Shown here piece by piece: positions 43,401 through 58,140 of a stretch of 64,000 bases of DNA (positions are counted from its first letter, which is position 1; each line of letters opens with the position of its first letter). The notes beneath the pieces are model-generated. The model was not told the origin of the DNA. It saw only the letters and a program-made list of their open reading frames with translations, and searched no databases. Source of the DNA: Camelus ferus (taxonomy: Eukaryota); NCBI RefSeq assembly GCF_009834535.1, contig NC_045707.1, positions 51,028,001 to 51,092,000 on the forward strand. The letters run 5' to 3'. The position numbers and the translations under genes were made by a program.

Positions 43401-44384
43401 TCCAGGAATGAAATGAGAATACTTCAATATAAGTCCTGCTGGGGTAAAGAGCGAGATTTTTTTTTTCAAGGTCCAAATGACCATCCACTCTTGGGTAGTC
43501 ACTCCCACACATTTTCTATCTAAACGTAGGGGGGATGGTGGACTGGCTGGTTCTCAACGCTGAATCCCTTCAAGAGACTAGAGTGGGTGGTTGGTAAAAT
43601 GGTAAAAAAAGAACAGTGACCAACAGTGGCCCTGGGGAGCCCAGAGCTCTCCACCCTGGGTTTTAATGAATTACGGGATGGATAGAGTGGCCCTGGTGTT
43701 TCTCCTTAACAGAAAAAGTGGTCAATAACTTTCAGAGAACATGTAGCCTGAGTCCACAAGCCAAAATAAGTAGACATCTAAAGGGTACAACAATTATAGA
43801 AGATAACAAACATAATAACACGTATGACTAAATAAGAATTACTTGAAAAGATACACTACAAATTTAAAATATGTAATTCTACAGGAAATAAGAAAACTAA
43901 GAATTTAAAATAAGTAATTCTAAAGGAAATAAGAAAAGATACTGGAGTTTACAAAGAATAAGAAATCATTAAAAAGAACCAAGTAAAATTATTAAGAATG
44001 AAGTAAAGTGAAAGGCTACTTTGGTTAGAATGAAGTTTCTCTAAGGGCAAAGCAGTTGAGCTGAGGCCTGGTGATATGAAGAATGTAAATGAGACAACTA
44101 TGTGAAGATCTAAGGGAAGAAACCTCAAGTAAGAGGGAATAGCAAGTATAAAGGCAGGTGCTTCACCTGTTTGAAGAACAGTAAGGTTTGCTTGACTATA
44201 GTGAAGTGACTAGGGCAAAACTGCAGGAGACATGTTTAGAGAGATAGGCAGGAGCCTGATCATGGTCTTGAAGTTCAGATTTATCATTCATGCTTTGCTG
44301 AGGATGGTATTTAAAGAGAATATTAGTTTGTGATTCTGTATTAGTTACTGGACTACCTCTCACCGCATAACAGACAACAGGGAA

Positions 44385-44612
44385 AACAGGTATAATGCTT
44401 ACTATGAGCCAAGCAGTGCCCTAAATGCTTTAACATGCTTAACTCATCTAATCCTTTTCAAAAGGTAGGGATTATTATCTATGTTTTATAAAGAAACTAA
44501 AGCAGAGACGTTATGTAATTTGACCAACATAGTAAATGGAGTTACTAAACGGTGGACCTGAAATGTGAAACCAGACTCCAGAGTCCATGCTCTTAACCAT
44601 TACGCTATGCTG
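44385..44612 (-). mobile_element. MIR SINE
   Basis: TTACTATGAGCCAAGC...AACTCATCTAATCCT...GAAACTAAAGCAGAG...GCTCTTAACCATTACGCT. Confidence 0.75.
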
Positions 44613-45366
44613 TACTCAAATTGTTTTCAGAAGGCATTACACACAGCAGCAAGAGGCGAACCTACTCATATTACAAATCTAAGAAGACACTGAAGGTATT
44701 TAGCTAAATTGCTTACTTCTTGAACCTTAGTATTCATACATAAAAAAATTAAGCTCCTTATCATCAGTGCCTTATGTCTACAGTGAGAAAATTCTCCAAG
44801 AACATGGGGAAAAAAATCTCAGGATTAAATTTTAGGATCAATGAAGTACAGGTTAAGGCCATTCTGTGAAGTCTCTTTCATGCCCACTGTGCCCATATTC
44901 TTAAAATAATCATTTTCACTACCTGGAACTCGTTTTCTGAGAATACCAGGCATCATTAAGACTAATGGGCTAATACACAGAAAGCATTTTCCAAGGAAGG
45001 GCACATGGTAAGGACTCAACAAGCAGCTGAGCTATGATAAACACATAATAAAAGTTATACTCTTACAGGCTTTTAACTTCGTCTAAACAATACAATACAC
45101 AACCTTCCTAGGTGTTATTTAGAGAAAAAAAACTGAAGTACTGGTACCTGAATCATTTAGAGGTAACAGCAAATGGAACTAAGAATGACCCTACGACTCC
45201 TACATTCTAGGCAAATTTTTTAAAATTAGATCATATAGAATCTTAGTTATGATAAAACTACACACAAAATTTTTAATATTGATAAAACTGCATACTTTTC
45301 TTATGTACATACATGTTAAAATAATATAACATACAAAGATAAACACCAAAAATGGCATATATTTTA

Positions 45367-45537
<171 letters not shown>

Positions 45538-46877
45538 CTAGAAAGGGAAAGGAGGAGTGTTCATATTAATGAAAAGCACCTTCAAAATTTAACTATATAT
45601 AACAGCAACAGTAGTTTAATTAGAAACTAAACTGCCATAACTTTTCAAGTGCACATTTCTGTTTTTTAGGTATTCTTTGAGCGCCCTCATGTGGTGAATT
45701 TGTATATCTTCCATAAAAATAAATTTATTAGTGATTATAACAATTATTATTATTTTATTATTTTGAAGTAATTATAGACTCAGAGGAAGTTGCAAAAATA
45801 GTAATAGAGAGGTCCTTTTTACCCTTTATACAGCTTCCTCCAAAGGTAACATCTTACATAATTATAGTACAATATCTAGTTCTTAACTGAAAGAAAAAGG
45901 CTTTTCTTATGTGTTTTCTTAAAATACAAGTATCCTTAAAATACAAAAATATAATAAATTTAATACATTATATCTCCATATTAACTGCAAACTAAAGTTT
46001 AAAAAGACAATAGTTTTAAAATGTCCTTATGAATACAAAAAATTTAAATGTAAAACTCCGAAATTTCCCTTCAAAGTATTCTGAACTCATCATACAATTT
46101 AAAACAATCTATCATTTTTGTAGATGCAGAGAAAAATGTTCAGCTAGACACCAAAGGTTCAGGATACTGAGAGAGACGTACAACCCGCCTCTAACACTCC
46201 AATACTCTACAAAGTTTACATATACATACTATTGTTTACAACCGAAAGCTTGTAACAAAGCAACTGAGCAGAGTCTTCTGTGCTGTTGAGAGTCAATTTT
46301 GGAGTTTCAAAATTACCAAGGAAAATGAAGTTATAGTTTGAGTATGTCTTAGTGACAGACATATCAGCAATAGCAGAGACAGCTCACAATTTTGAAACAC
46401 ATGGCAACAGACAATATGAAATTACTGAGCATCATCTTTTGCTAGGATGTCTGCTCACATTTGCATATATTTTGATTTATTTTTATCCTTATATAAGTTT
46501 GTCTTGTTATTTTGTTTTTTTGAAACATGAACAGTATCAAGTTGACAAATATTTTAAAACTATGTATTTTTCAAAATTTATTAGCAAAGAAAATAATTGC
46601 ATTCATTTATCTTTTATATTGCTAATGTTGAATGATTATATCTTATGTTCTTGAATAAATGTTTATGTTTCAAAATTTGTTGTAAATTTAAAAATTTTAT
46701 GCAGTAGGACATTAAGACTGCACTAGGAAGTTAAGACATTGTACTAACTTAGGAGTCTTCAAATACTTGGATTAAAGTTATGGTTAATACTTTTTTCCTA
46801 AAAATATATAACCATTATAGTCACTGTGTAGGCTTTATAAACAAAATAATGCAAAAAATATCTATAGTTTTACTTAC

Positions 46878-47096
46878 TGCTTCTGTGTGTATTGGGTGCA
46901 CTGCAAAAAGTAAAGAGGCAATCACACTACTCCGGCTGTCCAGAAAATGTTTGCAGACTTTAAGAAATATCACACTAACCACAGCATGAAAAATCATATT
47001 TAGGAGATGATATGACATTGGTTTTAGTTCACTAAACAGATAATTTAAGCGAAACGTCAATACTGTTAAGGGACGGTAAGACTTGTGGCTTCTCTC
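46878..47096 (-). CDS. TMTC3: TMTC3 exon 3 ([19 protein letters not shown]...HPIHTEA)
   Basis: TAG acceptor, GTAAG donor, 219 nt, phase 0/0. SHKSYRPL and HPIHTEAV are TMTC motifs. Confidence 0.97.
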
Positions 47097-48681
47097 CTAA
47101 AAAGGAGGAAGAAAAAAAAAAAGAAAAAAAAGCAATCATTGATTATTAAAGTATCTTGGTCCTCCAAGGTACATAAACTAATCATTGCTTTTACGACTGA
47201 AAGGATCCACACTTAGCTGAGAAATAACAATAAAATAATGAAATGTCCCAAGAATAACACAAACATAAAAGACAGCTCTATAATCTGTGTTTTCCTATTT
47301 TCTTTGTCCAAAAACAAGGCAATTTTCTCTCTGATATATAGTGGTCGAAGAATTACTAGTAGAGGAAAAACATTTGATTATTAATTCTTCTTCAATACAT
47401 ATATTAAAAAAAAAAAAAGAAATAGGACAATAGTGGCACTAATCAAGTTGTAGCACAGGATTCTCTCCAGAGGCTGTTCCGAACTTACCAGTGTAAGTGT
47501 TTATCTAACTGCTGGCTAGATCTTCAAAAGGAAACTATAAACAGAATGCTTACCAGTGCAGTTTAAACAGTGATGACTCAGAAAGGTACTGTCTAGTTGT
47601 TTTATGAAGAAACACCTCCATAATGTATAGATCTGAATACATTAGACCAAAAATCCCTAGGTACTACATAGAGAGTAATACAAGGGCAAAAACTTTCTCG
47701 GAATTTTTACTGTAAGACAAAAATCAAACCAGATTTAAGAATAAAACTCACAAGTCAAAACTATATAAAATATTATCCTAGTTATATTTTGTAATTTTAT
47801 ACAAGGGTATCCACATTCAGCTTCTTTGCTCTCCTATCTCTTACCATATTTTGCTGTAACTCTGACATATAGGTATAGACTTAAGCCAATTCATCCCTAA
47901 AAGGTGACATTAGGAAGCACAAGCAACAAACATTTCCCATTTTGAAATTAGGAGTATTTTAACATCAGGCTGTACTAACCACATACAACGTGTTATCTAC
48001 CTAGAATGTTCTTTCTTGCTTGGTTAATTCCTGTACATCCTATAAATTAAAGTTTAGGCATATGAAAAGTTTTTTAAGGCAAGGTATTGCACTGAAATGA
48101 TCTGTACCAGAAAGCAGCAAAATGTTCTAGAAGCTTCTGAGTGCCTGAAATGTTTCTGGGGCTCCACTAGAACATATTTGCCAGTTGAAAGGATAAAGTC
48201 AGAAAGTAGCAGGGAATAGGTATTTTTAATTGCAGTACACATAATTGCTTTATTAGATACATACATATGCCATACGTAATGACCAACTAAAAGATAGACT
48301 AATCATTATACATAACTAATTACTCACATAATTCATTAGTAATCTATTTAATACTCTACTGTGACAAACAATCATCAGCTTAGTAAATATCAGGTTTACT
48401 CTGTGAATATATAGTAAAACAATTCCACTATGAAAAAACCCAATTCAGATCATTATTAAGCTCAGGTATTTAAAAAAAAAACTCCTAATTATTCATGGTA
48501 TTAGTTGGCAACAGAAACATAAACATGAATGTAATGAATGAATAAGCTAACAGTTCCCTATTAATGTGAAGCTCTCCATAAAGGTATGGAAAAAACACAG
48601 CAAGAAAGGATATCTCCAGAAGTTATCTTAACACAAGTACCTTCATAAACCAAATGCCGGAAGAGTGCGGCTCATTACAGC

Positions 48682-48945
48682 CCAGTGATTCTCAATCATG
48701 GCTGTACCAAAGAATCATCTGAATAATTTAAAAACAAATTAAAAAAAAAAACAACCTACCCCTCTCCGAAAAAACCACAACAATAAAAAAGCAAATATAT
48801 AAACAAAACAAAACATATTGATACCCACATCTCACTCTTAGATAACTGCAATAACTGTAATTAACAGGCTTGGGAGGGCTTTGGTGTTAAATTTTTTAAG
48901 TGCCCCAAGTGGATTCTAATGTGCAGCCAGGGTTGTAATCCACTG
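48682..48945. mobile_element. MER5-like remnant with an internal A-rich insert
   Basis: CAGTGATTCTCAA...AGAATCATCTG...GATTCTAATGTGCAGCCAGGGTTG...CCACTG. Confidence 0.65.
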
Positions 48946-49309
48946 AACCATCAATAAACAGAGTATTACATATCTAAAGAATGGGCTTATTAAAGAGTTG
49001 ATCTGAACACTTGGAGGACCAGGGAGTCCAAAGACCTCTAACATAGCAGTATTCATGTAGCTAAGAAGAATGTCCTAAGCCCAAAATGTGTCTTTGAGGT
49101 CTACATTGGCAGAAAAATCCTTAACGTTTGGGCGCCTGCACTATTCAGGCTATCATTACTTGATGACATCAAACATTAGATCTTTGAATGTGCTAATTTC
49201 AGACTTGTCAAGAAACCTTATGACACCTAAATACTACTTAGAATAATTTTTCCCTACAGGGAGAGACTATACCCATCAGAAAGTATGAGGAAGTGACACT
49301 CTTCACTCT

Positions 49310-50294
49310 ATAAACTATTATTTTATTTTATTCTTAATTGAAGTATAGTCAGTTTACAATGTTGTGAAAAGGGATCCAAACTAGAAGAGAAGAGGTAAAA
49401 CTGTCATTATATGCAGATGACATGACACTGTATATAGAAATCCCTAAAGGCTCCACAGGAAAATTACTAGAGCTGATAAAAGAATTCGGCAAGGTAGCAG
49501 GATATAAGATCAACATAAAGAAATCAGTAGCATTTCTTTACACTAATAATGAAATATCAGAAAAGGAAAGAAATAATCTCCTTTAAAATTCCATCCAAAA
49601 ATAAAATACTTAAAAATAAATCTGACCAAGGAAATGAAAGACTTATATGCAGAGAACTACAGAATGCTAAGGAAATTAAAGAGGAGTTTAAGGAATGGAA
49701 AGATATCCCAAGTTCTTGGATTGGAAGAATTAATATTGTTTAAATGGTCATACTATCCCAAAGCAATCTACAGATTTAATGCAATCCCTATCAAATTACC
49801 TGAGACATTTTTCACAGAACTAGAACAAATCATACTAAAATTTATATGGAGTCACAAAAGACCCAGAATTGCCAAAGCATTACTGAAGAAAAAGAATGAA
49901 GCTGGAGGAATAACCCTCCCAGACTTCAGACAATACTACAGAGCTACAGTAATCAAAACAGCATGGTTATTAGTACAAAAACAGACATAATGGGTCAATG
50001 GAACAGCACAGGGAGCCCAGAAATGAACCCACAAACTTTTGGTCAATTAATCTTTGACAAAGGAGGCAAGAACATACAATGGAATAAAGACAGTCTCTAC
50101 AGCAAATGATGTTGCTGAAAACTGGACAGCTACATGTAAATCAATGAAGTTAGAATACTCCCTCACACCATACATGAAAATAAACTCAAAATGGTTTAAA
50201 GACTTAAATATAAGACAAAACACAATAAATCTCCTAGAAGAAAACATAGGCAAAACATTATCTGACATACATCTCAGCAATAAACCATCATTTT
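49310..50294 (-). mobile_element. L1 insertion with a large 5' inversion (ORF2 RT-distal region on +, 3' tail on -)
   Basis: ORF2-like ORFs on + ([15 protein letters not shown]...) at 49367-50280, antisense L1 terminus at 49325-49366, 15-bp imperfect TSD. Confidence 0.88.
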
Positions 50295-51509
50295 CATTTG
50301 TTTATCCATTCCATCTGAGTTTATTATAAGCCTTTTTTCTTAATGTGTATACTTAAGGGGGCTCTGAACAAAATTAAATTTTCAATCTGTAAAGCTCGAA
50401 ATATCACAAAGCAGAGCACTGACACTGTGGTATGACAACTTTAATGATCCCTTAATCCCGACTAACATTTCATGTCAAAATCTAATGTCATGATTAAAAC
50501 ATAGGATCATATTTTTCACTCATTATCAAAAGATATTCTTTTAAAGGCTAGAATGGGTGAGAACAGGAATGTTGCAGGAAAACAAATAATCTGATTATTT
50601 AATAAGAAAAAATACTTGTCTGTGATCAGAGGAATGAAAGATTCCATAGTCCACCTGGAGAAGTTTCTAAATTTGGAGAAAAGGGCCACAAATGATAACT
50701 GACAAACTGTAACTATGAAAGAGTATTACATGTTATCTCTCTACAACTATGTGCTAGGTACCATAGACAGACTAATTAATTTATCCTCAAGGTATTATTC
50801 TTTTATAGATCAGGAAAATGCCCTGCCATCTAAAAGCTGTGTTCCCACCTATTCCACTCAACTTTTGCATTATAGAACTAAAATGAGAATCCAATCTATA
50901 TGAGCCCAAGCTAACAAGGGTTTAATTCTGAACAGTTTAACACTGACCTTCAAAATAAAGTCACTGGCAAAGTAAAAACACTTTCATTAAAAACAAACTA
51001 AACCTTTGGGTTCTCAAATACTAAGTCAAAATAAGTATTAGGTAAGAGATACACCACAAATTAAAATTTTTAATAAGTCATTTTTTCCACAGAAAACTGG
51101 CAATATATGGACTCAGCATTTTTACCCTTCATGTTCAATCTATTTATATTGAAGTTATATACATTTTTAAATGGTTAAATATACCACAGGTAGTCATCTT
51201 TTTGCCTGATTCATAAGACTGGAAAAAGAGAAATAAGTCAGGTGTAATAAACAGATTGGTATTACATCTACTGCTCTTCTAACACATTTGGTTTTTACAC
51301 ACACATATTATTTTTAAAAAGATTAAGCCGAGGTACACAACCTAGGAAAGAATCAAGCACTACTTAAAGAGGATAATCACATCTTCATATTCCTACCTAA
51401 TTTATTACAAACACATTATGTCTCATATAAAACCTTTGAGGGAAAAAAACCCGTAATTGCTATGATAACAATGCTGACAATTAAGAGAAATAAACTGTAA
51501 GAATATTTA

Positions 51510-51857
<348 letters not shown>

Positions 51858-52119
51858 CTAATTCTCCTAGGGAATTCTTCAAAGCTCAGTTCAAATGTCA
51901 TTCACCTCTAAGAAGCATTAGCTGACCACCTCCCCACATTCCTAACCTAAGAGAGAATTAATTGCTCTTTCCTGTGTGTTTTCATACCTCTATTACAGTC
52001 CTTTACCACAGGACTCAATCTTTACGCCTATCTCTCTAGCTAACTAAACTAGATAGTGAACTCCTTATCAACTGTTACAGGTCAGGTTATCTGGGAAACA
52101 AATACATGCAAGATAACTA

Positions 52120-52120
<1 letters not shown>

Positions 52121-52152
<32 letters not shown>
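52121..52152 (+). repeat. (AAC)n microsatellite
   Basis: About 10 units. Confidence 0.9.
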
Positions 52153-52713
52153 AAACACTAGTATGATGTGCTCCAGCAGTAGCTAAATGAATCCCTATGA
52201 GAAAACAAATACATACTTAAAGACACTGATCATGGGTTTTCTGAAATGTAGATAAAGCTTATGTTTTAGTACTTTATGAACCTAAAGATCAACTATTACC
52301 TAAATCAGGAGTTCGAACTTGTAGCCTGAAGTCTTGTTTAGTTGACTAGCCAGTTAACTACAGTTCCATTATCTTTCACTCAGATTGATTTATTTGACAG
52401 AGTTATGTTATTTATTTGGCTCTTGGAGCATAGCAGTTTATGATTCAGATTTAAATCATGGTTTTTCTTTTTCCCATTGCAACAAAAACTTTTAATATAG
52501 ACAATGGCTTCATACATGACAATTCATAATTAAGTCACTGCTTTAGAAAGGATTCAGTGATGGAATGTTTATAGGGTAGAAAGAACTAATGAACTGAGGG
52601 ATACTGAAGAATAAACTCTACTATAAAAAAAACAAGGTTGGAAAGTACTCTAACAAGTTGATACACTTTTCTAGCTTGAGTAGTGTCATTAGTATCATTT
52701 TAGTGTCATCACC

Positions 52714-53185
52714 TGTGGAGGGCAGAAAAATGACCCCCCCCCCCCAACTGTCTATACACAAGTCATCTGAACCTGTGAATATATTACCTTACATGGCAAA
52801 AGAGACTTTATAGGTGTAACTAAATTGAGGATTTTGAGATGAGGAAATTATTTTGGATTTTCTGGGTGGGCCAATTCAATGGCAAGAGACCTCACAAGTG
52901 AACAAGGGAGGAGGGGAGTCAAAAAAAACAGGGATCAGAGTGATATTATGGCTGGCTGCAGGCCACAAGTCAAGGATTGACAGCAGCCTTCAGAAGTTGG
53001 AAAATGCAAAGACACATTCTTCATTAGAGCTTCTCAAGGGACCACAGCCCTACTGACATCTCAATTTCAGTGTGAGACCCATTTGGGACTTCCGACCTCC
53101 AGAACTGTAAAACAATACATTTGCATTACTTTCAGCTACTACATATGTGATAATTTGTTACAGCAGCAATAGGAAACTAATACAT
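52714..53185 (+). mobile_element. MaLR LTR (MLT1D-like)
   Basis: ACCTGTGAATATATTACCTTACATGGCAAAAGAGACTTT...TTGTTACAGCAGCAATAGGAAACTAATACA. Confidence 0.85.
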
Positions 53186-53569
53186 AATTTACAGAGCCAG
53201 AAGATCTGGGACCTGAGATATATCTGTCTGTTCAGAACAGAGGAAGAATAGGGTAGAGAGGGTGAGCAGAGATTTTAAGTCATATGTAAGATTCATTTAA
53301 GAATATAAATATAAGAAACTATGGGAAAGTATTAAATTATCTTTAAAATCAGATGGGAAAACTTTAGAATATATTAGCCTTTTTAAGGAAATGGAAAATC
53401 CACTTAATAAATGGATAATAAATCTAATAAATCAGAGAAGGAAATTAGCTGTATTTTTTGAAGAAGTATAGTTTTTAATTAAAAGAAAAATTATTTAAGG
53501 GTTTATCTTGAATCCAGAAGCAATTTAGCATTTCCAAATGGTAATAGACATATTTATTATTAAAAAAGT

Positions 53570-54620
53570 TGATGGTGCTTGTTTAAAGATTGAAAAGATT
53601 TGGCTCAGCTTCTCTCAACCACACTAAAGTGACAGTCAAGGTACTAAGAAAAAAAGAAAACCTATAAATTAACAAGGATGAATATAATTGGAGAGGAGAT
53701 TACAGCACAGTTTGGAAGCTGCAAAAGGCAAAAGGATTAGTAAGTGACTCAACAGAGTTTAGGAAAGTGAATCATTAGCTGAAAGGGGAAAAGCTGAAAA
53801 GTTTTCTGCACCCTTGAAGAAATTTCAAAAAACTCATGTCAAGTATCTAAGGAAAAAGAGCTAAGAACAGATGGATGTGTTAAAGTTTAGACCCATCTCT
53901 CACAAAGCCAAGTACCCTCCCCCTCTACATCTAGGTAGAACACTGGAGACCTTCCCTCTGGAGTAGGTGAAACACAGAATGTCTGATACAGGAGACACTA
54001 GTAAGAATAAAGGTAGCATACTGAAAATGAGGGTTAAGCTAAAAGTCTGTCTATGTATTTTGAGATCCTCCAGTTATCTTCTACCAGTTAAGCATAATCC
54101 TGTAAAACTTTACAACAATGGAAACAAATAGAGGATTCTAAAAGCTCCCAGAAAGATATATAGCAGGTTCCATATGAAAGATTAGGAATCCAAACAAATC
54201 ACTTCTTTTACCAACAAAACTGGAAGCTAGGGGAAAAAAAAATTCTGAAAACAAAAAGGGAATAATCAAATCTCTGAAGGATACTGATTTCCAACTTACA
54301 ATTCTGTATTAATGAACACAAATTTCCAAAGTTGGAAAGTAGAATAAAAATATTTTAAACATTCAAAAACATACTTCCAATGTCTCTCTTCTCAGGAAAC
54401 TAATAGAAGAGCTACTCCAACAACATGAGGGAGTATACTAAGAAACAGAGACACAGGAAAATCAGGAGACAGAGGATCCAACACAAGACAGTGACAAAGG
54501 AAATACCCAGAATGACAGTCATGCATGCAGGTCTACTACTCAGGAAACAATGGAACAGCTCAGCAGCTTCCTGAATGACAGTCCCAAGAAGATGTAACTG
54601 ACAGAACATCTGAGGTGTTT
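53570..54620 (+). mobile_element. Old L1 5'/ORF1 fragments
   Basis: Degenerate A-rich L1M-like sequence. Confidence 0.45.
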
Positions 54621-54934
54621 AAACACAGAGTGAAGAACTGTTTCATTTTTAAATTTTGAGTGTGTAATTGTAATTCAGAACATCCACCATTGGGTAGATG
54701 AAAATCAAGTCTTATGTATGGGTCAAAAAACTCTCAGGTCCCTGACCAAACATTTGGGGTGACAAACTGCTGTTTAGTTAAATGTTCTTATAATAGGAAG
54801 GTTTAAAATTAAGAGGAAAAACAAGGAAATTAAACCTATAGTTTTAATACTCTCGAATTATATTTGGGAATAACGTGTATTTGATTTTTAAAGTACTTAT
54901 AATGTTTAACAGTATTTGATACGTCACTACAGAC

Positions 54935-56010
54935 TGTCGACTGTAGGAAAAAAAAATCCTTAGCATTGAGAGTTATGTTTTATTTGGAGGACATTCTGAG
55001 GACTTAAGCCAGAGAGGAAGCCTCTCAGATGACTTTGAGGGACTGTTCTGACGAGGTAAGTGAGAAGCCAGGAATATACAGGAGTTTTTGCAACAAAAAC
55101 CACGGAGAAGGAACATCAAAAGAATACTGTTAATTAAAGAAAAATCAAATATCTCAAGATAATGAATTCAGCACTTTGCTGTGTAAGATGTTAAGAGTCT
55201 GGGTTCACTGAAATCATTTCTTTGATATGTACCTTAACTATCTAGAGCAAGTATCTTGTTTTTCTCCGTCCCGAATCCCCTCAGGGTACACAGCTGGGGG
55301 TGGATGCAGAGGCTGATGGCTTGAAGGCCACAATGCCCTTTTTTACTGATATGGCAGGTGATGTTCTCGGTCCACAATTGCCTCCTCTTGATCATAAATT
55401 CTACCAACATTTGGGAGGCATTTCATGACCAATTTTGTCCCACAGACTAGGAAGGCTCATTCCTAGATCAGGTGAAGACTCTGTTGACAGGCCACTAGAT
55501 GAATGGATTTTTTTTGGATTAGGCCCTATTGATAAGCTAAAACTCTCCAGATTGCTTGTCTTATCAGTTTATCATGATCCAGGAAATGGTTTCCCTTGTT
55601 GCTTCTTCTCATATTTAGGGTTGCACTATTACAATTATTCTATGTAGAGTTATATATACAATCAATCGCCTCAAGCATTGTTTTAGCCAGCATTAATTTT
55701 GTCAGAGGCCTGGTTACACATTGCATAATGCAAGAGGCAATCTTATAAAATAAACAGGATAAATAATATAGCTAGTAACATTAATAAGTTCATAGTAAAG
55801 CAGAGAGGGACACACAGCATTAACAATTTGAAAACTAAGGGAACAAACAGTGATTAGTATAACTAGTTGTAATCTGGTCACAATAAGCCATCAAGTCCAC
55901 AGGAGAGCCAGCTGGAGAAACCAAATTCTGGAATGATCACGTAGAGAGAAAAAGACAGATGTTTTATCTTTGTTTAGAAAGTTATACTTTATCACTTTGC
56001 TGTAGGTCAT
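54935..56010 (-). mobile_element. ERV1-class remnant: 3' LTR (54935-55376), polypurine tract and truncated internal sequence
   Basis: Minus-strand LTR runs TGTGGAC...GTCGACA, is preceded by the tract AAGAGGAGGCAAT, and has AATAAA near 54980. Confidence 0.75.
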
Positions 56011-57679
56011 GGTGTACATTTACATTTCTGATTTGACAGGTGCCTTTAATTCTCCAAAGGACTGGTGTGATGCCTAAATGATATTAAAAGATTGATTTGC
56101 CCAACTATATTTTCTTTAATTTGCCTTTTAACAAAATGGCACTGAGTGGCTACTTTTCCTAACACTCTAACAATCATGGAAAGAACAAACATTTAGGAGA
56201 ATTTTAAATGAAATCTGGGAATATTTAGCTTGGAAATCAAGGTCTTCTCAGCTCAATAATTTCATGATTATATCTTCTTCAATAAGTAAAACTTTGGCCT
56301 GCATGGTTTGCAAAGTCTGCATTCACACAGACTCCAATCTTTCCAGTCTCTTCATGTTGAGCAAAGACAAGTGTTTGCTTGCTGCACACTGACTACTCTC
56401 CATGAGAACAAGGTAAAACAAAACATTTACTGTACACAGTGGATACTAAATTTCTTACCACTGTGCTTTATGTTAGAAGCTGGAAAAGTAAGCTACCATT
56501 TATTTTCTTGATAAGGGAGCAAAAAAGGAACAGAAAGAACATACAGAATATAGGTTCATTGGTACAGAGAACAGAGGTAGCATTATAAAAAGCAAGTCTT
56601 TCTTGTGAAGTGATTTTAGTCAGATAAAATTATTCATAAAACCACAGAAATGAAAGAAGGTAGATCCAGGCAAGTGTTTCTGTAGTAAAGTCATTTATAA
56701 AGTTGTCAGATAAATCCCTTCTCTTGGTGAAAACTGACTGATTTAGAAAATCTGATGAAAAATAATGGTGAGTTTTAGTGATTTTCCTCAAAATACATAC
56801 AGTGAGCAACTGAACTAGAACTCAAGTTAAATTTCTTGATTCACAGTTAGGCACAAACATACTACAGTGCATTAGGACCTACACCTTAGTTAACTGGTTT
56901 CCTGCTGTATCCCCAGTGTATCAGCTCAAAAATATTGTTGGAATGAGTAAAGTAATAAAATTTAAATATGACTTTGCACTTAGTCTGGGCTGTAATTGAG
57001 GTCTGGATTACAACTTTAGCTTCATTAATTATTACGAAATTACTCAGCCTCTGTGAACCTGTTTTCACTTCTGGAAAATGAGAATAAAACTTACCATTTG
57101 GCCAGATAGCTTGAGTTAGCAGAGAATTAAATGTAAATAATGTGAGGGAAGTAAGGGTAGAGAAGACCAACACAGACAAAACAAAACAAATAAATAAATA
57201 GAAAATAACAGCGATAATGAATGACAGAACAAGAAAAATAAGGTGCTGTAGTAAAAATAACAGATTACTATGAAAAAAATGCAGTATTAAGCACAGTGCA
57301 TGACATAATATGTGCTCCAGAAACGCTGGCTTTCATCTCTACTTTTCCCTGCTAAATAATGACTTAGAAACACTGAGCATGAAAAATATTTAATTCAAAT
57401 TCTTGAGTAAACATAATTAGAGTATGGTAATATTTAATATAGATGGCAAAACTGAAGAACAAGCACTCTACAAGTATTGGTTCCCCGCTTGCCTGAGAAG
57501 GCAGTGTAGCAGTTATGAACATGTCCCTTAGCCAGAAAGGTCTGTGTTCAATCATACTACTTAAGTTTGAGCAGAGTACTTAACCTCTCCAAGTCTCAGT
57601 TTTTTCGCTTAATTGGGAAGTGAGGACAATATAAGCAGTTATTTCACTGAATTGTTAAGATTAAATGAAATAATGAAAA

Positions 57680-58140
57680 AGCTATAGTAATCAAAACAGT
57701 ATGCTACTGGCATAAAAACAATCAGATCAGTAGAACAGAATAGGGAGCACCGAAATAAAGGAACCAAGAATATACAATGGGGAAAGAATGGTCTCTAATG
57801 AATGGTGTTGGGAAAAATTGGAGAGCCACATGCAAAAGAATGAAACTGGACCCCTATCTTACACTGCTCACAAAAACCAACTCAAAATGGATTACAGACT
57901 TGAATATAAGACTAAAACCATAAACCTCCTAGTAGAAAACATAGTGGGTAAACTCCTTGACACTGGTCTTGGCAAAATGGTGAGAGAAAAATACTATGTG
58001 ATCTTATAAATAAATATAGACGTAGAATCTATAAAAAACGAATTCATTGAAGGAAGGAACACATCCGTCAAAGTACAAACTTCCACTTATAAGATAAATA
58101 ATTTCTGGGGATATAATATACAGCATAGTTTAAAAAAAGG
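57680..58140 (+). mobile_element. Internally deleted L1 fragment inserted in a MIR
   Basis: ORF2-like CWEKLESHMQKNETGPLSYTAHKNQLKMD joined to L1 3' UTR; MIR sequence on both flanks. Confidence 0.75.
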
